Positions 28,348-41,983 are shown, numbered from the stretch's first letter. The stretch is 64,000 nucleotides of DNA from Octopus vulgaris (GCA_951406725.2 OX597832.1:61194001-61258000), one strand, 5' to 3'. Notes: generated by a model from the sequence alone, not told the origin. A program made the numbers and translations.

Positions 28348-28638
28348 CGTGACCGAGCAGACCATCAGATGTTGTTACACATCGCTGGTCACAATGCGTT
28401 CGCATTGTTTTAGCCTTCGAATGACGCCACCCCGCTGGCTAAGCGAGCAGGCCAACAGAAGAAAGAGTAGGAGAAAGAGTGGTGAAAGAGTACAGCAGGG
28501 ATCACCACCCCCTACCGGAGGAACGTGGAGCTTTTAGGTGTTTTCGCTCAATAAACACTCACAACGCCCGGTCTGGGAATCGAAACCGCGATCCTACGAC
28601 CGCGAGTCCGCTGCCCTAACCACTGGGCCATTGCGCCT

Positions 28639-28642
<4 letters not shown>
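28348..28642 (-). mobile_element. SINE family C, tail type 2
   Basis: tRNA-like head gtggaggcgcaatggcccagtggttaggg..gtttcgattccc; body partly shared with 56118-56420. Confidence 0.8.
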
Positions 28643-28700
<58 letters not shown>

Positions 28701-28754
28701 GTATATTTATATCTCACGCCGGACTTCTTACTGATGATGTTGCTATTTATGTGC

Positions 28755-29060
28755 TCTCTCAGAAAGAAGTCCGGCGTGAGAGATGTCATCGCAGATTATA
28801 CTCGCAGCAAGTATAGATGGGCTGGACACGTCGCCCGGCTCACCGATAATCGGTGGACGCACGCAGTTGTCGAGTGGTACCCGCGTGATCGGAAAAGACC
28901 ACCCGGAAGACCTCCACGACAGTGGAGTGACGATTTCAAGAGGACGATTGGGATCCCGTGGATGAGAAAGGCGCGATCCAGAGAGGAGTGGACAGCGTGC
29001 TGTGACCAGCGGTGTCAAATGGACGCCTGACGGACTGGTCGGTCAAAGTGATCAAAGTGA
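28755..29060 (+). mobile_element. RTE-type LINE 3' end
   Basis: KYRWAGHVARLTDNRWT..EWYPRDRKRPPGRPPRQWSDD; short tandem tail tcaaagtga x2. Confidence 0.9.
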
Positions 29061-29148
29061 TGTATATATATGTGTATGCATATATATGCATATATATACG
29101 TGTGTATCTATATAAGCATATATACATGTGTACATGTACATGTATATA

Positions 29149-29208
<60 letters not shown>

Positions 29209-29257
29209 TCTATATATGTATAAATATATATGTTTGTGTGTATATATATATTTATAT

Positions 29258-29290
<33 letters not shown>

Positions 29291-29304
29291 TACATACAAA
29301 TATG

Positions 29305-29360
<56 letters not shown>

Positions 29361-29844
29361 AATATTGATCAGAGAACAAACATCAAATTCGAGTCAACGA
29401 CTTTATATATAACACCACGCCCCAAGACATTTGATCATATATAAATGTTACCATGGCCCTTAAACATATAAACTATACATATATAAAAAACAAACATGGA
29501 AGGTAAAAAATATATATGCGAATAAAAATACATAATATAGAACGGCCTATCAAGAAAGTATTAATACAACCTACTAAAACTTCTAAAGCGTGTCATACGA
29601 CTAAAAGTCTAAATAAAATATAATATTATCGCTGTCTCAATTACATTTAAACACTTCAATTTTTGCAGTCTTATAAAACATTTTAATCTCCATTAAAATA
29701 GGCAAAAATTATTTCTTATATTATGTCGTATATATATATGTATATGTATATATATATATAAACACACACACATACACAAATATATTTGATTGACCGCTAA
29801 ATCCACAAGTTTTTTCATTCTCCCTCTGTTTATTTCTTGTGTCC

Positions 29845-29880
29845 CTTTCTGTTGAAGAGCGTAGGCTCGAAACGTAAAAG
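29845..29880 (+). ncRNA. Minimal hammerhead-like fold with CUGUUGA core (element about 29790-29958)
   Basis: cttt-CTGTTGA-a-gagc-gtag-gctc-GAAAC-GTA-aaag, identical to the 14506-14541 motif. Confidence 0.6.
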
Positions 29881-29954
29881 ATTTTCTCATTTTCCTGAGC
29901 GTCAAACTAATACACCTGCTTGTTATCTTCGCCTTTTATTTTTCTGTAAATGTC

Positions 29955-30100
<146 letters not shown>

Positions 30101-30587
30101 GTATATGTATGTATGTGTGTCTCTGTCTTCCCCACCACCGTTGACAACCGATGTTGGTATGTTTACGCCACCGTAACTTAGCGGTTCGGCAAATGATACC
30201 GATAGAATAAGTACCAGGCTTGCAAAGAATAAGTCCTGGGGTCGATATGTTCGACTAAAAGGCGGTGCTCCAGCATTGCCGCAGTCAAATGACTGAAACA
30301 AATAGAAGAAAAGAAGAATATACCTTACATGCGTGCGCGTATAAACATAACCCTAACCCTAAACCTAAACTAATTCTCAATGGGTTTCACTAAGTTATAA
30401 TGAATTTAATCTGAAATAATAATCAGAGAACGTATTTAATTACCCATGCCACTTGTTGGAATTGTGGATTCTGCCTGTGAGTGTGTGTGCGTGTGTGTGT
30501 GTGTGTGTAAGTGTGTGTGTTGCTGTGTGCGTGTGTGTATTGATATATAAATATAATTATGTGTTTATGCGTGTGTTTATATGCGTA

Positions 30588-30895
30588 TATTGGGTCATCC
30601 CATAAATAATTGCATGAACTAAAAGTCGGAGAGAGACCCGATTAACTACCTCCATCAACCTGCTATAAAAATAGTTAATAATTTAACCTTAAACTTATTC
30701 TTAGTGAAGTTTTGAAGAGTGTAGTACGATTTTAACTGTTATTTTTTTCGAAGCTATAAGGGCAATGACAAATGAACATATTCGTCATATTTTGCTTTAT
30801 GTGTTCGATAAAGGCAAGGACTCGGCGGAAAATGAAAAGAATATTAATGCAGTATATGGGGATCGGACACTAAGCGTAAGCCAATGTCAACGGTT

Positions 30896-30897
<2 letters not shown>
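30588..30897 (+). mobile_element. Mariner 5' end with transposase N-terminus, truncated by (TA)n
   Basis: TIR-like ttgggtcatcccataaataa; MTNEHIRHILLYVFDKGKDSAE..INAVYGDRTLSVSQCQRF helix-turn-helix from 30765. Confidence 0.85.
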
Positions 30898-30942
<45 letters not shown>

Positions 30943-31181
30943 TTAAGGGTAGAAATTGATATTTATCAATTAAGACCAGTGGTCTAGCATATTAAAAAAG
31001 AATCCGAAAATTAAAATATTTATATATACCAATTAAGGACTGAACACGAAAAGTGGACAGTCAACATGCTAGATATAGACGTCAAATCGTCATTCTCCAC
31101 AAAAGATTATGTTCTCAGATCAAACTCAACACAAAACCATAGCAATAAACAAGTGAAAAATATACGAAATAAAATAATTAC

Positions 31182-31246
31182 CCATGTACTAACTTAGTTT
31201 CAGCTGTTATTTTCCGCAAGGAAAACTGCAGCCATCATCAGCATGG
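31182..31246 (-). ncRNA. Type I hammerhead ribozyme (left arm)
   Basis: Reverse complement of 31563-31627. Confidence 0.75.
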
Positions 31247-31562
31247 TCCGTTATAAATGTAATTTGCTGGACTAAATGCAAACACGATACCGAAATATCG
31301 CGTGCATGGAGTTCAGCCTATTACATTTGAATATATCTTTCAAATGCCTTTACTTTAGCGCGTTGAGACCCGAGAAAACTAGCCTGCAGCTAATAATTAG
31401 CAGCAGTTAATTTATCGGTTAGAGAACATTTATTTATGGGTCTCAACGCGCCAAAGTAAAGGCATTTGAAAGATATATTCAAATGTAATAGGCTGAACTC
31501 CATGCACGCGATATTTCGGTATCGTGTTTGCATTTAGTCCAGCAAATTACATTTATAACGGA

Positions 31563-31627
31563 CCATGCTGATGATGGCTGCAGTTTTCCTTGCGGAAAAT
31601 AACAGCTGAAACTAAGTTAGTACATGG
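31563..31627 (+). ncRNA. Type I hammerhead ribozyme (right arm), predicted cleavage after 31622
   Basis: ccatg-CTGATGA-t-ggctg..cagct-GAAAC-TAAGTTA-GTA-catgg. Confidence 0.75.
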
Positions 31628-31778
31628 GTAATTATTTTATTTCGTATATTTTTCACTTGTTTATTGCTATGGTTTTGTGTTGAGTTTGATCTGAGAACAT
31701 AATCTTTTGTGGAGAATGACGATTTGACGTCTATATCTAGCATGTTGACTGTCCACTTTTCGTGTTCAGTCCTTAATT

Positions 31779-31825
<47 letters not shown>

Positions 31826-31957
31826 GAGAATAATAGATCTCATTCGTATTTTTGGATTCGCTAGTACTGGGTGTCTGGCATGGTTTGTCCGATGTTACAG
31901 ATATCGGACGGGTATGTTTGATTCTTAGTATTTTCAAATCTAAATCAGAAGAAATCT

Positions 31958-32017
31958 CTGAGCTGATGAAGGAAAAGTGGCGTTTTACCCACAAATCCAG
32001 AAACAGACTGTCCTCGG
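31958..32017 (+). ncRNA. Type I hammerhead ribozyme, GUC site, in a TA-flanked element (about 31822-32205)
   Basis: ctgag-CTGATGA-a-gga..gtgg..ccac..tcc-a-GAAAC-AGACT-GTC-ctcgg. Confidence 0.7.
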
Positions 32018-32203
32018 GTATCGTATATGGATGTGATCTTTCATTGTTTTTCCCTTATACCTATGTGAGTTATTTTCTGAGTATGCATTGTCTGGAGACT
32101 TTTATTTGCAGTTGAAGAAATAGCCAAATTTTTGGCTGCTATTTCTGAAAAGTTCGGTGTGTGGTAAAGTGAATTTTTTTACTTTACCATATTTTTATAA
32201 ATT

Positions 32204-32284
<81 letters not shown>

Positions 32285-32463
32285 TATATATGTATGTATG
32301 TCGGTCTACTTGTCTGTCTGTCTGACTGCTTGTCTGTCTGTCTGTTTGCCTGTCTGTATATATGGGAATGCTTGGCAATTGTACGTCTTCCTCTATGTAT
32401 ACGTACGTTTGCATTTGTGTAAACCTGTAACTGTAATCTTAGCTATCTTAATGTGTATATACG

Positions 32464-32515
<52 letters not shown>

Positions 32516-32547
32516 TATAAACGTAATTTGTTTAGACATGTAAACAT

Positions 32548-32578
<31 letters not shown>

Positions 32579-32947
32579 GACACACACACGCACACAACTA
32601 TGCAGGTATCCATGTATTCGTTCCTTCATATTTGCGTATATGCGTGGCCATAAGCGTAATTGTATGTGTATGTATACACATTTACACTCACGTATCTGTT
32701 GGTGTTTTTCTGCCTTGCTTTTACTCTCTCACTAACCAATTACCATCTGGTTTTCGAATTTGCAGCATCTTCCTGAATACCAGTCTGCAAACCATGAAAT
32801 GTCAGATCTATGAATTCAAAAACAAAACATTAGGTTTATTGGATCACCACCTCAACACACCGCCCTTGCTGCCAACTAATATACACACCACCATAATTGT
32901 GTGTTGACCACTCACTTTAGATGCATATCTATCTATCTATATATATA

Positions 32948-33458
32948 CTAGCAGTATCGCCCGGCGTTGCTCGGGTTTGTAAGGGAAATAACTATATAAG
33001 CATTTAAATGCTTATATAGTTTGCATATCTATCTATATATATACTAGCAGTATCGCCCGGCGTTGCTCGGGTTTGTAAGGGAAATAACTATATAAGCATT
33101 TAAATGCTTATATAGTTATTTCCCTTACAAACCCGAGCAACGCCGGGCGATACTGCTAGTATATATATATATAGATAGGTATGCATCTAAAGTGAGTGGT
33201 CAACACACAATTATGCTGGTGTGCATATTTAGCCAAAAAAATAGCAAAAAAATGCATTAAAAATGGAAAAAAAATTATGGTAAATTTTTTTAAAAATCGT
33301 TGACTCATCGCAGACGCGCGCTAATACCCAGAAGGGCTCGATATGAATCACGACTATAAGATACCCGGTTTTGGTTAAACTGCACCGCAAAATGTGGGAG
33401 TAGTTAGGAATCTAAATCGTAGGAGACAGACACACAACTTCTCTTTTATATATAAAGA
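32948..33458 (-). mobile_element. Non-autonomous Helitron with rearranged 3' end
   Basis: Minus strand starts A|TC at 33458 and ends cccgagcaacgccggg hairpin..CTAG|T; the 3' end is present three times (32948, 33044, inverted to 33159). Confidence 0.8.
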
Positions 33459-33459
33459 T

Positions 33460-33682
33460 ATCTGTTTCTTTATTGCCCAGAGGGGGCTAAGCACAGAGGG
33501 GAAAAACAAAGGGATTAAATCGATTACGTCGACCCAGTGCACAACTGGTACTTATTTAAACGACCCCGAAAGGATGAAAGGCAAAGTCGACCTCAGCAGA
33601 ATTTGAACTCAGAACGTAACGGCAGACGAAATACTGTTAAGCATTTCGCCCGGCGTGCTGATGTTTCTGCGAGCTCGCCGGC
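33460..33682 (-). mobile_element. SINE A
   Basis: Reverse complement match. Confidence 0.88.
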
Positions 33683-33685
33683 TTA

Positions 33686-33735
<50 letters not shown>

Positions 33736-34483
33736 ATTTCTGTATGAGTATATGTGTGTTTGAGTATGTAGATATGTGCGTATACATATATATGCATATA
33801 TATATATGTGTGTATAATTATACATACAATTATATATATCTAAGTATATATATGTATGTGTGTGTAGGCATATATATATGCATGTATACACACACGTACT
33901 CACACACACACACACATACAAATATACCCGACGTTACAAATATAAAATTAAGTGCTGGGCTTGATATATTCGTCTAAACTATTCAAAATAATGTTCCAGC
34001 ATGGCCGCATTCCAATGACTGAAACAATTAAAAAACAAAAGATTAATACACCCCCCCCCCACACACACACACAATTGCCTACCAAAACACCTTGGCGCAC
34101 ACTCACCGACATATGTGAGAATACTCGCAGATAGATGTGCAGACATTTATGTAAAGACGCATTCTCACATTCGTCTCATCATTTATTCGCTCGTATATCT
34201 CTTTATTCCGTCTACCTGCGTCTATAAATCTGTCTGTGTGTACCGCGGTAGGTTTGCTTGTTTGCACAGTTGCACAGATGAGTATAACACACGCGCGCAC
34301 ACACATACACACACGCATACTTTTACATACACGCACATGCGTGTAAACACTCACATGTGCATGTCTACCCATAGACCCGTCTTCGTCAGCTCACCCGCAT
34401 ATGCATTTGAGCTTATGTTTTTTATTACATTATTACTAATATATATTACACATGTTTTATATAACACACGTATATATAGGTAC

Positions 34484-34521
<38 letters not shown>

Positions 34522-34560
34522 TTGTGTGTACGTGTAATACATGTATAAGTAGGTATGTTG

Positions 34561-34591
<31 letters not shown>

Positions 34592-34671
34592 GTTTATATA
34601 ATACGTGTATATCTAAGTATGTTCATATATATATATATATAGTTTATATAATACGTGTATATCTAAGTATG

Positions 34672-34710
<39 letters not shown>

Positions 34711-34905
34711 TATATAATACGTGTATATCTAAGTATGTTCATATATATATATATATATATATATAGTTTATATAATACGTGTATATCTAAGTATGTTCAT
34801 ATATATATATATATATATAGTTTATATAATACGTGTATATCTAAGTATGTTCATATATATATATATATATATATAGTTTATATAATACGTGTATATCTAA
34901 GTATG

Positions 34906-34940
<35 letters not shown>

Positions 34941-35100
34941 TATATAATACGTGTATATCTAAGTATGTTCATATATATATATATATATATATATATAGTT
35001 TATATAATACGTGTATATCTAAGTATGTTCATATATATATATATATATATAGTTTATATAATACGTGTATATCTAAGTATGTTCATATATATATATATAT
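34592..35100. repeat. Minisatellite: 9 identical 33-bp units separated by variable (AT)n
   Basis: gtttatataatacgtgtatatctaagtatgttc at 34592, 34642, 34708, 34766, 34820, 34876, 34938, 34998, 35052. Confidence 0.95.
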
Positions 35101-35195
35101 ATATGTATGTATTACACACTGTATATACTTTATAGCACATGTATATGTAGGTGTGTATATATATGTGCATGTCTGTGTATTTGTTTTCGTGTAGG

Positions 35196-35299
<104 letters not shown>

Positions 35300-35498
35300 G
35301 GTAAATATATCTATATCTTAAATACATATGAAATTTCTGATATTTAAAATTTTTTTATTATTCTTTATATATCTATTCATGATTTTTAATACCGTTTTTC
35401 TTTATTTTGCTTCTTCGGTTTCCCGTTCACACAAAGATACCTGGGCGCGTATATGACGCGTATATGTATGTACATGTAGTATATATAATATATATATG

Positions 35499-35566
<68 letters not shown>

Positions 35567-36179
35567 CACACATGTATATATATGTATGGGTACATACAAA
35601 TATATATGTATGGGTACATACAAATATATATGCACATATATTTACATTTATTTATGCCTGTGTCTATATGTGCTTGTAGATGCTTGTGGATACAAGCCGA
35701 GTAGATGCGCATTTGGCTAGTAGACATGTATTTATCGAGGCATGTCACGCATGGATTTCTATGCAGTATTCTGGGAAGAGCGGTAGTGCTGACAGGGTGA
35801 TTGTGACAGGCCTGGCACAAGATTTATGTCCCCATCACTTCATTGGTCTTGCTTGTTTTCTTACCATTATTCCGTTACTTGGAAATTGCCGTCCATACTT
35901 ATGACTTAGAACATTTGCTATGTAAAGTATCATATGCTATAGCGCTCACGCGTCTCAATCAGCGTGACTGTCTGTCTGTCTGTATGGAAGTATGTATGTC
36001 GTGTGCATGTACGTCTGTGTATGTATGTCTGTGTATTTAGGTTTTCATTGCTTTGGTTGTGTGGATACGTATTTATAAACGCGCAATATGTGTGTGTATA
36101 ATATAACGATGTTTACATCTGTAAGAAATATAGCCATACATCTACCGATATATATATATATGCATACACACATACATAC

Positions 36180-36259
<80 letters not shown>

Positions 36260-36537
36260 GTACGTACTTACTCGCATACATATATGTATACATGCATACA
36301 ACCATGTTTGTTGAATAGATATAAATCATGTCGAGTGCATACACTTGCGCCGGCATGCGCACACAACGCACACACATTTCTACACGTGCGCATGCGCATC
36401 CATGTACCTAAGAAACAAGATCTAATGCTCTCTCAAGTTTCCATGACTCTTTCTACTTTCACTTTTCTCTCCCCCACGCCACTTTTCTCCCTTCTACGCT
36501 TTCCGTCATATTTCTCTCTTTATCACTTTCTCTCTCT

Positions 36538-36570
<33 letters not shown>

Positions 36571-37669
36571 ATTCTCTCATTCTCTGTCTTTTATACTCAC
36601 TTATATATGCGTGTATATATGCAGAAATACAACCATTAACCGCCATAAACATTTTTTTCTCAGTTGTTAGGAAACACGCCATGTTTGGAAAACTGTAATC
36701 TACTTTAAAATTTAGTCCCATCTATTTGGCACCATTTTCAGCTGTTATATACCCAGTGGTCACTGGATCTGTTAGAAATAATACCAAAATGCCTCTTAAA
36801 TCATATCCTACTTTCGATAAGAAGGAGGGACACTTTTGAGAATATTATTGTAGAAATTAAGCAATTTGTCAATAGTTCCAGAATTAAAATGATGATACTG
36901 TAATAGGTTCGGCCAAAGAACTACGCAGTCATCTATGACTTAGTGCTAAACAACTGCACAACATTTATACTGCGATTTAAAGATTAAAGTTTGTATTGTA
37001 CGTGGTCACTCATTCTGGTAGAAATGGTAGCCAAATCTCTCTGAGGTTGTACGTTGCCAACTTAGAAAATGAAGGGTTACGTTTGAAGAGGTAGATGTAA
37101 AATACAAAACATACACGTATTTGTTTTCGCTTCAACATCTTTAGTGATCTTTGCTCAATCGGGGATGATCTCGGGGCTAAATAACAACAGCAACAGCAGC
37201 AGCAACATAATTGCTGGTGTTGTATGTGTTTCAGGATGTTGCACCCTTCAGCTTATAGTTATTCCCATACTCCGAACTGATCAGGGAACACTCTGCTACT
37301 GATGCAACTGCCGCCTCCGCCGCCTCCACTGCCTTCACCGCAACCGCCTCCTCCTCCGCTGCCGTCTCTGCCACCGCCGCCATTTGGCACCCTGTGCAGC
37401 TTTAGCGGAGTCCACTCTGTTACGAGCGTTAGGATTAAGCTTCTAGCTTGAAGATAATTTTCTTCCTTCCTTCCTTCCTTCCTTCCTTCCTTCCTTCCTT
37501 CCTTCCTTCCTTCCTTCCTTTCTGCCTTCCATCCCCACTCTCTCTCTCTCCAGTATCAGAGGGCATGGAACAAGTGTTGGGCACTGCCTTCCCTCCTGAT
37601 TATAAACGTTAACTCTTGCAGTTTGAACGACCACCACGTCGAAAAATCTTCTTTGTAAGTATTGTTTAT

Positions 37670-38040
37670 CTTTTACTTGTTTCACTCATTGGACGACGGC
37701 CATCCTGGGGCACCACTTTGAAAGGCTTAATCGAACAAACCGACCCCGGTATTTATTCTGTCGGACTGTTTACGGGGGATGTAAACAAACCCAAACTGGT
37801 TACCAAATGATGGTGGGTGGAACAAACACACTCTCATTCAAACACAGACACACACACATTCACACTCGCATAATACGGCAGGCTACCTCACAGTTTCTAT
37901 CAGCCATATTCACTAACAAGGTTTTGGGCGACCCGGGGCTACTGTAGAAGGCCTTCACCCTAGGTACCGCGCAGTAGGATTGAACTCGAAACCTACGTGA
38001 TTGCAAAGCGAGTTTCTTATATACACAGCCATGTTTGTGC
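37670..38040 (-). mobile_element. Diverged SINE B
   Basis: Recognisable tail, middle and head. Confidence 0.75.
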
Positions 38041-38959
38041 CTAATAGAAATTTATGTTTCTTGTTTCTTGTATATAATTGTTCAGCCATCGAAACTTGTT
38101 TGTTTCAGAGCCGAATTATGATGTTTGCATGGAATATCAATTCAATTCGATTTATAGATACACCAGAAGACAATTTATCTCTGACGATATACTCGTCAAA
38201 AATTCGTCTCAGCTAAGCCATATTAATTACGGCACAGCATGTCAAAAACCTGATAGCCAGCGTTGTATCATATCATTCAGTGTGTGCTATCGGTGTTGGT
38301 TATCAGCTACAATTTATCAGTATGGACTATCGAAGACACGATATGAATGCCATCTAATGAAGAAGACAATAGAATTTAGCGCTGCCGAGGTCAATTTAGC
38401 TGCTGGTAATAAAAAGAACTTCATCTAAAGCTACTTGTTTGCTGAAGTATAGTTTAGTATGTGATACAGCATAGTTGCAGCTCGGATTTATTATAGATAG
38501 AAGGACAGAGGGGAGGATACATAGCATATTGCTGTGGCTAACACTGCTTTAAATCAGCCCAGAGTGAGAAATTCTGTGACCAAAGATGTTCCAGAGCTGA
38601 CCCTCTCTCCTTTCTTCCTCTCACACCTACTTCCTCCCATCCACCTCTCCCCTCATGCTCTGGCACCTTACTTCCTCTCTTCACTCCTACGAACCTTCTC
38701 CCTTCCACCCTCTCCCTTCATCGTCACCCCATCCCTCGTTACCCTACCCCTACACATTCCAACGCCACCATCTCTATACATCCTATCCCATCCCCACCCC
38801 ATCCCTTAGACCCTCACCCTTGCTTCCCCCATTCTCGCCTCTCCCACACCGCAACACCACCACGCCACACGCCACCACACCACCACATCACACACCACCA
38901 CACCACACCACCATACCACATAACACCACATCACACCACCCCGCACACACTAGCACTGA

Positions 38960-39630
38960 CCACTTATTACTATTATTACAAACAATAATTACAAAGAACA
39001 AATTACAAACAATAATTTACAAGATGAGGTGTTAAAAAACAGGTATGCTCCGACCCCACGAGCCCTGTCTTCAACACCGACTTACTGTAAGTCACACAGG
39101 CGTGCTCACGCAGGGCCTTTCACTCCCAACATGCGTGCTGCACGCGTCCATCGTTTTTTAAACTCTCTCTCTGACAAACACTTCCTTTCCAGCCCCACCT
39201 TCCTCTTCAAATGAAAAGTGAACATTTTCACGAGGGCGAGGCAGGAGACGCGGGTGTGTGTCACGATACCTTTCATTCTCGACTTCCATATCACCTCTTT
39301 CGCAATTGCTACATACACGTAAAAACAATTGTTACCTTCTTCCGTCAGGAAATCCGGCGGGTTAATTTTTACAATTGACTCAGCTGATAGCTGTATTCTT
39401 TTCCCGTCTGACAACAGATGTTCCGCATAAACCCACACTTATGAAATATCCGGACACTGAACAATAGCGTGCAGGACGGTTTCCACGCCCTGCTTGCATA
39501 TTGGACAGGCCGTCGGACCAGGGTGGCCGTGTCTCGTGAGTTTATCCCGAACGGGTAGGGCTCCTCGGTAACATTGCCAGGCCAAAGACCGAATTGATTA
39601 GATTTGGGGATCGAACCAGTACTGGACAAG
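38960..39630 (-). mobile_element. Tx1/L1-type LINE 3' fragment, sister family of 17113-18415
   Basis: LSAESIVKI..AIAKEVIWKSR..FHLKRKVGLER..FKKRW; shares UTR motif ttgtaatttgttct (38995-39008). Confidence 0.85.
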
Positions 39631-40585
39631 GATTCTGGATTATTTTACCAGATGTTTTTACTTAATTTTTGAGAGCGGTCGAGTTCATTTTAAGTATTCT
39701 CGTCTGTGATAGCAGTCGAATTCATTTCAGATATTTTCATTTCAAAATCACATCTGGTTAATCGTTGAGAGGAAGTTGGTGTTGTCATGGCGGAGGTTTG
39801 CGCTCGCAGACGTCAGAGGAACACTGTTTTAACCGCAAAAGGAAGGTGTCTGCCTTTAGTCCATCCAATTTTGTCCACTATAAAATTTATATCGCCAGAG
39901 CTACTGTGAAAGCAGTTTTTCCTTTGCGGTCGAAGGGAGATGATCAGATAAGAGCGATTTAGATGAAATATACACGAGATAGAAGTTATAGAGAGTATAT
40001 TAACGAAAATGCTCTAAAATTCCGCCATTTTCCTTTATAACATGTCAAATTGCTGAAAGTAATTTGTTGTTTACATAATACAAATTTTATTTAATTATGT
40101 ACCTGTTTACATTAATAAAGACATTATTTCTCAAATGTAATAAATATACAACGGAATCGCTTTTTCATGTAGATCTATAACTAACAATAACTGTCATCTT
40201 GTCAGTTTTAACATGTTACAATACAATTAAATATTTAAAATAGATCTGACATATTAGTAACCTTGTATACAATATAATATAATGTAATATATAATGTAAT
40301 ATATAATGTAATATAATTCAATATAATATATTATATGTGTGTGTGTTTGGGTGTGGGCGTACTTGTTTATTAACCGGCAAAAAGTACTCTGTGTACGGAG
40401 TTTGTATAATTTACGTAGAAACTGAAGCTTCTTGAATTATTATTTTGAGTTTCAGGTCGACGATGATTATTCAGATAGTCGTGTGAATAAGCGGATACGG
40501 GAAACTCAGTATAAAAATTTTAAAAGCATCTCACATACACACACACAAATACATACACGCACACACACAAACGCGCACACACACA

Positions 40586-40654
<69 letters not shown>

Positions 40655-40990
40655 AGGCATTGCTGTGTGGTAAGAAGTTTACTTGCCAACCATATGGTCA
40701 TTAGTTCAATCCCACTGTGCCACACCGTGGCCACGCGTCTTCCATTTATGGTCCCCGGACCAACCAAACCTTCGCGTGAGTGTGTTTGTGCTTGTGTTTG
40801 ACCCCCGCCAACACTTCTTGACAACCGCTGTTGGTTTGTGTACATTCCCATAGCCTAGCGGTTCGGCAAAAAGTAATCGGTTTAATAAGTACCAAGTCTA
40901 AAGATAAGTGCTGGAGTCGAATTTCCTCGACTAAGCGCTTTAGGAAGGTGGTTTAGCATGGCCGTAGTCCGAGGACATAAACAAGTAGGA
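40655..40990 (+). mobile_element. Diverged SINE B
   Basis: Match to B. Confidence 0.75.
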
Positions 40991-41072
40991 GGAGAGCATA
41001 CGTGTCTTTCTGTCTGCCTGTCTGTCTCTCTGTTTGTCTGCCTGTCTGTCTGTGTATCTGTCTGCCTGTCTG

Positions 41073-41149
<77 letters not shown>

Positions 41150-41703
41150 ACACACACACACGCGCACAAACACATATATAGAGGGAGAGACACACACACA
41201 GACACACATACATACACACGCATGCGCAGATGTGTATGTGCGCTTGTTTTGTATGTCTGTCATGACACTTCCAGGATGTAATTGTGTGACGCATGTATAT
41301 ATGTATGTACGTTTGTATGTGTGTGTGTGTATGTGTATGTGTGTGTGTGTATGTGTGTGTGTGTATGTGTGTGTGTGTGTGTGTGTGTATCTCTTTCTCA
41401 CTGTCTCTGTCCATCTGTCTGTTTTCTCTCTCTCTCTCTCTCTCTCTCTGTATGTATGTATACACACACACACACAGATGTGTCTGTACATCTGTGTGTA
41501 TATGGTTGATATGTATGTGCACATTCAGTTCGGAATAATAATTGTTTCGAGACTGAATTCCCAATATAAATACACTTTCCTGAATTTCTTCTACGATGAC
41601 CTTTCTTCTGTCGACGTCAGTTTTTCACTTCGACGACATTCGCTTTCACATTTAACACTGTATTTCCGTTTATTTCCGTAGCTGAATACACATACACCGA
41701 GAA

Positions 41704-41777
<74 letters not shown>

Positions 41778-41806
41778 GGACAGGCGCGCACACACACACA
41801 CACATA

Positions 41807-41839
<33 letters not shown>

Positions 41840-41853
41840 CTATATATACAAAC

Positions 41854-41910
<57 letters not shown>

Positions 41911-41921
41911 GAATATATGTT

Positions 41922-41959
<38 letters not shown>

Positions 41960-41983
41960 CATATATATATATATGAATATATG

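Larger units (their letters stand above)
31029..31780. repeat. Long fold-back: 343-bp arms (31029-31371, 31438-31780), 66-bp spacer
   Basis: Arms are reverse complements; I found only one mismatch (tactttagcg vs cgccaaagta); (TA)n on both sides. Confidence 0.95.

Noticed and set aside
28731-28770. CTGATGA...GAAA as a hammerhead
   Set aside because: No stem II or stem III and no cleavage triplet; part of a LINE junction.
30347-30372. Telomeric (TAACCC)n
   Set aside because: Only about two perfect units; too short to call.
34592-35100. CRISPR array
   Set aside because: Spacers are only (AT)n, there are no cas genes, and the context is eukaryotic.
38292-38312. miR-9-like ttggttatcagct
   Set aside because: Partial similarity only; the seed start and star arm do not match miR-9.
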